Of a stretch of DNA of 64,000 nt, positions 58,142 through 64,000 are shown one piece after another. The stretch comes from Dehalococcoidia bacterium. GTDB taxonomy: Bacteria > Chloroflexota > Dehalococcoidia > Bin125. The notes beneath the pieces are model-generated. The model saw only the letters and a program-made list of their open reading frames with translations, had not been told where the DNA came from and ran no database searches. The stretch is taken from positions 768,001 through 832,000 of the forward strand of contig CAXXSR010000001.1 of NCBI GenBank assembly GCA_963662615.2. Reading direction: 5' to 3'. A program made the position numbers and the translations under genes. How positions within the stretch are numbered: the first letter of the stretch is position 1; the number at the start of each line of letters is the position of its first letter.

Positions 58142-60928
58142 ATGGAAGCCAGCAGCATTCGTGGGGCGTTCACGGCGTTCTTCGAGCGCCACGATCATCT
58201 CCGGGTTGCCAGCGCGCCGCTCGTCGCGCCGGGCGACCCCACCCTGCTCTTCACCAGCGCGGGCATGGTTCCCCTCAAGCCGTTCTTCCTGGGGCAGGAG
58301 ACGCCGCCGCGGGAGCGGCTCACCTCCGTGCAGAAGTGCTTTCGCACCACCGACATGGACGCCGTGGGCGACGATTCCCACCTCACCTTCTTTGAAATGA
58401 TGGGCAATTTCTCGCTGGGCGATTACTTCAAGGCGGAAGCGCAGGCCTGGGCCTGGGAGCTGGTGACCCAGGGACTGGCGATTCCGGCGGAGCGCCTGGT
58501 GACGACCGTCTTCCTGGACGACGACGAGGCGTTCGACAATTGGCGCAGGATCGGGGTGCCGGAGGAGCGCATCTTTCGCTACGGCGAAGAGGAGGGGAAC
58601 TACTGGTCGGCCGGTGTGGGCGGGCCGTGCGGCCCCTGCTCCGAGATCCACTACGACATGCACCCCGACCCCAGCGGCGCGCACCCGGGCCCGGCCGGCC
58701 ACGAGGAGCGCTACCTGGAGATCTGGAATCTGGTCTTCATGCAGTTCCGCCAGAACGAGGATGGCAGCAAGACGCCGCTGCCGGCCGCCAACATTGACAC
58801 CGGGGCCGGCCTGGAGCGCTGGGCGATGATGCTGCAGGGCAAGTCCAACCTCTACGAGACCGATCTCTTTTTGCCGCTGCTGCAGTACGTGGCCGGCCGC
58901 AGCGGGCGCGACTACCAGGGCGGCAGCGAGGCCGAGCGGCGCGCCCTGCGCGTGATTGTGGAGCACGGCCGGGCCGTCACCTTCCTGGTCTCGGACGGGG
59001 TGCTGCCCAGCAACGAGGGTCGGGGCTATGTCCTGCGCCGGCTGATCCGGCGGGCGCTCTACATGGCGCAGACGCTGGGCATCCAGGAGCAACTGCTGGC
59101 CGACGTGGCGGAGCAGGTGCGCGCGCACATGGGCGAGGCCTACCCGGAGATCGTGGAGCACAAGGCGTTGACGGATCGGGTGCTGGACCAGGAGGAGGAG
59201 CGCTTCAGGCAGACGCTGGCCAGCGGGCATGCTCAGTTGGAAGCCGAGATCATTCCAGCGATTAAGGGGCGGGCAGCCACGCGCCCGTCGCCAACAGGCG
59301 AGGATTCCACGGCAAGGAAGGCCGGCCCGCGCGGTGAGCAAGCGGCGCGGACCGGCTCGGCCATTGCCCGCAAGTTGGAGCAGATCAGCGCCAAGCAGGC
59401 GCGCAGCGGCGCATCGGTTGAGCCGCACGTCCCCGGTGAGATCGCCTTTCTCCTCTACGACACGTACGGCTTCCCGCCGGAGCTGACACGCGAAATCGCG
59501 GCGGAGCACGGCCTGGAATTCGATCAGGCCGGGTTCGATGTCGCGATGGCGGAGCAGCGTGAACGGGGGCGCGCCGCTTCCGAGTTCCGCACGGACGAGG
59601 ACGCTGCGCTCTTCACGCGGGTCGGGGGTGTCTCGGAGTTCCTGGGCTACGAGGGCGTGCAAGGGAGCGGCACCGTGACCGGCATCGTCCTTGAGGGCGC
59701 GCTGGTCGATGTCGCCGTCGCCGGGGGCGACGTGGAGGTGGTGCTGGATCAGACGCCCTTCTATCCCGAGGGGGGCGGCCAGGTGGGCGATGCCGGGCGC
59801 CTGGTGGGACCCGCGGGCGAGGTGGAGGTCCGCGACACGCAGCGCCGCGGCGACCTGATCAGCCACGTCGGCGCCGTGGTCCGCGGGCGCCTCGCGGTGG
59901 GCGACGTGGTGGAGGCAGCGGTCGAGGGAGAGCGCCGCGGCGACGTCATGCGCAACCACACGGCCACGCATCTGCTCCACGCGGCGCTGCGCGGCGTCCT
60001 GGGCGAGCACGTGCGGCAGGCGGGATCGCTCGTTGCAGCGGACCGCCTGCGCTTCGACTACACGCAGGCGGAGGCGCCCGCCGCGGAGCAGCTCGCCGCG
60101 GTGCAGCGGCTGGTCAGCGGGAAGATCCGCGAGGACATTGGCGTGGACGCCAACGTCATGTCGTACCACGAGGCGATTGACTATGGGGCGATGGCCATCT
60201 TCGGCGAGAAGTACGGCACGGACGTCCGCGTCATAGAGATCTGCGACCCCGATCCCGCCGTCCGTGACTGTTTCAGCAAGGAGCTTTGCGGGGGCACGCA
60301 TGCGCCGGCCACCGGCTTCATTGGCGAGTTTCAGATCGTCTCGGAGGGGAGCGTGGGCGCAGGCGTGCGGCGCATTGAGGCGCTCACGGGCGCGGCCGCG
60401 GAGGCCTGGCGGCAGGAGCGGCTGACACTGTTGGACGACGTTGCCGCGGCGCTGCGCACGGCTCCGCTCGAGAGCGCGGAGCGCGTGCGCGCGTTGCAGG
60501 GGGAACTGAGCGCGGCCAAGCGCCGTCTTGCAGAGTTAGAGCGCAAGGCCGGCGCCGGCTCCGCCGCGACGGTGGCGGCCGCCGCCAACGATGTGGATGG
60601 CGTGGCCGTGGCGGCCGGCCGGGTTGAGGTGGCGTCGGCGGAGGCGCTGCGCCAGGCCGGCGACGAGGTGCGGCGGCGCTTGGGCAGCGGCGTCATTGTG
60701 CTGGGCGCCGTCGCCGGCAAGCGGCCGCTGTTCGTCGCCATGGTGACGGACGACCTCGTGCAGCGGGGGCTGCACGCGGGCAAGCTGATTCGGGAGGTGG
60801 CGACGATCACCGGTGGGGGCGGCGGTGGTGGAGCGGAGATGGCGCAGGCGGGCGGCAAAGACGAAACGAAGCTGGAGGAGGCGCTTGCCACGGTACCGGA
60901 GATCGTGCGGAGGCAGGGCGCGGGCTAG
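58142..60928 (+). CDS. alaS: Alanine--tRNA ligase
   Basis: DPTLLFTSAGM, HLTFFEMMGNFS, GPCGPCSEI, DTGAGLER, NHTATHLL, ELCGGTH; start at ATG 58142 (or 58130), TATACT upstream. Confidence 0.97.
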   Translation: MEASSIRGAFTAFFERHDHLRVASAPLVAPGDPTLLFTSAGMVPLKPFFLGQETPPRERLTSVQKCFRTTDMDAVGDDSHLTFFEMMGNFSLGDYFKAEAQAWAWELVTQGLAIPAERLVTTVFLDDDEAFDNWRRIGVPEERIFRYGEEEGNYWSAGVGGPCGPCSEIHYDMHPDPSGAHPGPAGHEERYLEIWNLVFMQFRQNEDGSKTPLPAANIDTGAGLERWAMMLQGKSNLYETDLFLPLLQYVAGRSGRDYQGGSEAERRALRVIVEHGRAVTFLVSDGVLPSNEGRGYVLRRLIRRALYMAQTLGIQEQLLADVAEQVRAHMGEAYPEIVEHKALTDRVLDQEEERFRQTLASGHAQLEAEIIPAIKGRAATRPSPTGEDSTARKAGPRGEQAARTGSAIARKLEQISAKQARSGASVEPHVPGEIAFLLYDTYGFPPELTREIAAEHGLEFDQAGFDVAMAEQRERGRAASEFRTDEDAALFTRVGGVSEFLGYEGVQGSGTVTGIVLEGALVDVAVAGGDVEVVLDQTPFYPEGGGQVGDAGRLVGPAGEVEVRDTQRRGDLISHVGAVVRGRLAVGDVVEAAVEGERRGDVMRNHTATHLLHAALRGVLGEHVRQAGSLVAADRLRFDYTQAEAPAAEQLAAVQRLVSGKIREDIGVDANVMSYHEAIDYGAMAIFGEKYGTDVRVIEICDPDPAVRDCFSKELCGGTHAPATGFIGEFQIVSEGSVGAGVRRIEALTGAAAEAWRQERLTLLDDVAAALRTAPLESAERVRALQGELSAAKRRLAELERKAGAGSAATVAAAANDVDGVAVAAGRVEVASAEALRQAGDEVRRRLGSGVIVLGAVAGKRPLFVAMVTDDLVQRGLHAGKLIREVATITGGGGGGGAEMAQAGGKDETKLEEALATVPEIVRRQGAG

Positions 60929-60933
60929 CCATC

Positions 60934-62964
60934 ATGGCCGCTGAGCTGCGGCCGGCTGCGGACGCGCTGGTTCGCCATGCCTGGGCCCGACTGCGCACGG
61001 CCACGGCGGCGCTGCGGCGTCAAGGGGCTTTGCGGCTGGGACGGCTGGTGCGGCTGGGGCCGCTGGCGCCGGCCGCCCGGCGGGCGGCCACGCGCTCGTC
61101 GGTCTGGCTGCAGAGCGCGGGCGGGCCGGGGCTGTCCCGATTCGTACAAGCGACGCGCACCGCCGCTTTAGGTGGCGCGACCTGGTTCCGGGGCGTGGGC
61201 GGGCCGGGGCTGTCCCAATACGTACTCGCCGCGCCGGCCGCGGCGACGGGCGCCGCCCTCTGGTTGCGACATCGGCTTGGCCCGATCCTGCACGCCCTTG
61301 CGCGCCTGGCTTTGGTAGGTGGCGCGCGCGGCGCGCATCTCGCAGGCCTTGCGCTGGCGGCGCTGGGCAGCGTGGGGCGAAGCGCTGGTGCGAGAGCGTC
61401 GGTCGCCCGCGGCGGGGAGGACATCGGGGAGGCCACGCGCGTCGAGATCGAGGCGCATGACGACCTGGCCGCGGTGCGGGCGCGGCTGAACCAGTCGGCG
61501 GGGGCGGCGGTGGTGCTGCGAGCGCGGGGGGGCAACAGCGCGCTGGCCTCGCCGCTGGGCATGCGTCTGCTGCGCCGTCACGTGGATATGACGCGCCTGC
61601 TTGTGATCATCGAGAGCCGCGACGGCCGGCTGCGCCGCAGCGCCCGCCAACACGGGATGATGATCGTGCCGTCGATGCGGGGACGGCGGGTGGAGGGCGG
61701 CCGCCTGCGCGCCCACCGGCTCGGCCTGGGCCCCATCGGGATTCCGATCCCGCTTCTGGGTCTGGCCGCGCGCGCCATTGTTCTGGCGAGTCTGATAGTG
61801 GTGGCCGGCGCGGCCGTGCTCTTTCTGGTCCCCAGCACCACGGTGCGGCTGGCGCCGCAGCTCACTCCGATCAGCGTGCCGATCTCCGTCATCGCTCGCG
61901 TCCCGGCGGAGGGAGTGCCACTGGGCCCCGGAATCATACCGGCCCGCCGATACCAAGCGACCATCACCGTCTCTGACACCATTGCGACCACCGGCTTCGT
62001 TGAGGCGCCGGACGCCGCCGCCCGCGGAGTCGTGCGTTTCCAGAATCGGACGGCGGAGGCGGTGGAGCTGTCGCCCGGGACCCGCGCCACGAGCGGCGAC
62101 GGCACGATCTTCTTCACCCTTGCCCGTGTCACGCTGCCCGCCGAGGCCGGCTCCGCGGTTGACGCCGAGGTTCAGGCGGAAGAGCCGGGTCTTGGCGGCA
62201 ACGTGGCGGCCGGGACGGTGACGCAGCCGGATCCGTTGCTGGGCAGGCGTGTCACCGTAACCAACCCGGAGCCGATCTCCGGGGGGACGACGCGCCCCGC
62301 CCGCGGCGTCGCCGACGCCGATCTCGATCGCTGGCGCGCCCAGCGTGAGGAGGTGCTGAGGAGGCGCGGCTGGGACGAACTGGGCGAGCAGGTGGGCGGC
62401 GCCGTCAGCCTCCATCGCGGCAGCGTGGAGGTCCACATTGACGCCGAGCAGTTCACGCCGCCGCTGGGCGAGCCGGCCGAGGCGGTGGAAGTGGTCACGA
62501 TCGCCACGGTCTCGGCCGTGGGGGTGGAAGTCGCCGCGCTGCGCGATCTGGCAGTGGCGGAGATCGGCGATCGGTACGGCGCGGACTTCCGGGTTCTGCG
62601 CGAATCGCTGACGCCGCGCGCGGCCGGGTTCGCCACCTACGATGCCGCCACCGAGACGATCGCTTTCGATATGATCGCCGACGGGCAGCTCGCGCCGGTG
62701 ATCGCGAAAGGCGAGATCGAGGGCATCGTGGAGTTGCGGCGGTCCGGGAGCGCGGAAGCCGTCCTGAACGAACGGCTCAGCCTGCGGGCGCCGGCTGAAG
62801 TTGACATAAATCCTAGCTTCATGCCGTGGGTCTCCCCGTTCGGCTTTCGCATCTCCGTAGAGGTCGATACGGGGTTCGACGACGACGGCGGCGGCGCGTC
62901 GACACCCGCTGGGGACACGGTGGCTGGGGACACGGTGGCTGGGGACGAGGAGGGGCCGCCATAG
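60934..62964 (+). CDS. Membrane-anchored baseplate J/gp47-like domain protein
   Basis: Single TM, then ATTG...ARGVVRFQN..AVELSPGT..GTIFFT..VQAEEPGLGGNVAAGTV..VTNPEPISGG, resembling Baseplate_J-like domains. Confidence 0.7.
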   Translation: MAAELRPAADALVRHAWARLRTATAALRRQGALRLGRLVRLGPLAPAARRAATRSSVWLQSAGGPGLSRFVQATRTAALGGATWFRGVGGPGLSQYVLAAPAAATGAALWLRHRLGPILHALARLALVGGARGAHLAGLALAALGSVGRSAGARASVARGGEDIGEATRVEIEAHDDLAAVRARLNQSAGAAVVLRARGGNSALASPLGMRLLRRHVDMTRLLVIIESRDGRLRRSARQHGMMIVPSMRGRRVEGGRLRAHRLGLGPIGIPIPLLGLAARAIVLASLIVVAGAAVLFLVPSTTVRLAPQLTPISVPISVIARVPAEGVPLGPGIIPARRYQATITVSDTIATTGFVEAPDAAARGVVRFQNRTAEAVELSPGTRATSGDGTIFFTLARVTLPAEAGSAVDAEVQAEEPGLGGNVAAGTVTQPDPLLGRRVTVTNPEPISGGTTRPARGVADADLDRWRAQREEVLRRRGWDELGEQVGGAVSLHRGSVEVHIDAEQFTPPLGEPAEAVEVVTIATVSAVGVEVAALRDLAVAEIGDRYGADFRVLRESLTPRAAGFATYDAATETIAFDMIADGQLAPVIAKGEIEGIVELRRSGSAEAVLNERLSLRAPAEVDINPSFMPWVSPFGFRISVEVDTGFDDDGGGASTPAGDTVAGDTVAGDEEGPP

Positions 62965-63015
62965 GCCACAGGGGCCTCCCTAGACAGCGGGGCGGGGTGG
63001 GCGAAGAGGCGCTGC

Positions 63016-63492
63016 GTGAATGAGCAGATCGGTCGGGTGGTGGGGCTGGACCCCGGTGAGCGCTGGCTGGGGGTCGCCGTGGGCGACGGTGAGAGCCGGC
63101 TGGCGCTGCCACTGGGCACGATCGATCGGCGGGCGCAGGACGACGACGGCGTGGCGCGGATTCGGGCGCTCCTGGGCCCCGAGGGGGCGAGTCTGGTCGT
63201 GGTGGGCGTGCCCCTGGACCGGGAGGGGCGCGAAGACGCACAGGCCGTCTCCTTCCGGGCGCTGGGCGAGCGGATTGCCCAAGCGCTGGGCTTGCCCCTG
63301 GCGGTGCAGAGCGAGCGCCACAGCAACCCGCCGCCCGCGCGCGAGGCAAAGGCGTCGCAGCGGGGCCACCTCTCCCCGGCCCGGCAGCGCCGGCGTCGGC
63401 GGCAAGCGCACGCCCTGGCGGCGGCCACGATCTTGCAGGACTGGCTGGACGGGCGAGCGGGCGACACGGGTGCGACGCCGATGGACCGTTGA
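63016..63492 (+). CDS. ruvX: Holliday junction resolvase-like RuvX/YqgF
   Basis: VGLDPGERWLGVAV, VVGVP, ERHS, AAATILQDWLD. Confidence 0.9.
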   Translation: MNEQIGRVVGLDPGERWLGVAVGDGESRLALPLGTIDRRAQDDDGVARIRALLGPEGASLVVVGVPLDREGREDAQAVSFRALGERIAQALGLPLAVQSERHSNPPPAREAKASQRGHLSPARQRRRRRQAHALAAATILQDWLDGRAGDTGATPMDR

Positions 63493-64000
63493 CCGTGCGC
63501 CCCGCCTGGATCCTGGGCCTTGCCATCACTGTCGGACTGACGGCCGGGGCGGTGGCGCTGTCGATGGCGGCGCCCGGCAGTGTCCTCGACGACGAGACGC
63601 CCCGCGTCGAAGGTGCGGGCCCGCCCGAGCGCGGCGTGGTCGTCAGCGAGATCCGCCCGGGCGACAGTGCCGAGGCGATCGCCGAGGCGCTGGCGGCGCA
63701 AGACGTGATCGCCTCAGCGGGGCGCTTCGAGGCGCTGGTCTCGCTGCTGGGCTACGAGGAGTCGCTGGAGGCGGGCCGTTACGACTTTGAGCCGGGCCTG
63801 GTGACCACGGAGGTCATTGAGCGGCTACACGCGGGCATGCTCTCGCCGCGCCCGCCCCTCACCATTCGCGAGGGGCTGCGGCTGGAAGAGATCGCGGAGG
63901 TGCTGGCCGCAGAGGGGACCGTCACAGGTTCCGCGTTCTTGACCGCCGCTGCGGATCCGGCCACTTGGGCCGGGACGGTGGCGGGGGAGCGGCCGGAGGG
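63489..64000 (+). CDS. mltG: Endolytic transglycosylase MltG, N-terminal part; runs off the window edge
   Basis: Manual translation from a TTG overlapping the ruvX stop: MTVRPAWILGL(TM)...IRPGDSAEAIAEAL...LEAGRYDF...LTIREGLRLEEIAEVL. Confidence 0.85.
   Translation, partial: MTVRPAWILGLAITVGLTAGAVALSMAAPGSVLDDETPRVEGAGPPERGVVVSEIRPGDSAEAIAEALAAQDVIASAGRFEALVSLLGYEESLEAGRYDFEPGLVTTEVIERLHAGMLSPRPPLTIREGLRLEEIAEVLAAEGTVTGSAFLTAAADPATWAGTVAGERPE

Overview
High-GC bacterial chromosomal segment, most consistent with Chloroflexota/Dehalococcoidia (inferred from the divergent PurN, the inserted RpoD, the orphan baseplate-J-like gene between alaS and ruvX, and a GAAC-N4-GTTC SOS box). The right ~35 kb is housekeeping: mazG, rpoD-dnaG, glmS, DUF512 rSAM, plsC-cmk-rluB, purN, xseAB, efp, pepP, aroQ, xerC-topA-dprA, tlyC-glmU, alaS-ruvX-mltG. 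The left ~28 kb is accessory and mosaic. Main observations: (1) an AhpD/CMD-family selenoprotein that the ORF track splits at a CxxU UGA, followed by a bSECIS-like hairpin (3310-3810); (2) a rearrangement hot spot in which surface-protein genes (TPR lipoproteins, a CSLREA adhesin) lie between duplicated ends of an internally deleted amino-acid decarboxylase gene and share a duplicated leaderless promoter; (3) an ispH reduced to a 146-bp fusion of its two ends; (4) a peptidase-S51/CysRS-C-terminal fusion in an apparent operon; (5) arsS plus its peroxidase-like partner without arsM; (6) lower-GC islets (ImmA/IrrE-DUF4411, DUF4258/DUF2283, a LexA box, nested REP-like palindromes); (7) many short tandem duplications, one forming an ATGA mini-ORF relay between glmU and tlyC. 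No rRNA, tRNA, CRISPR array or intact transposase/integrase was recognised. All family assignments come from motif recognition by eye, not database searches.
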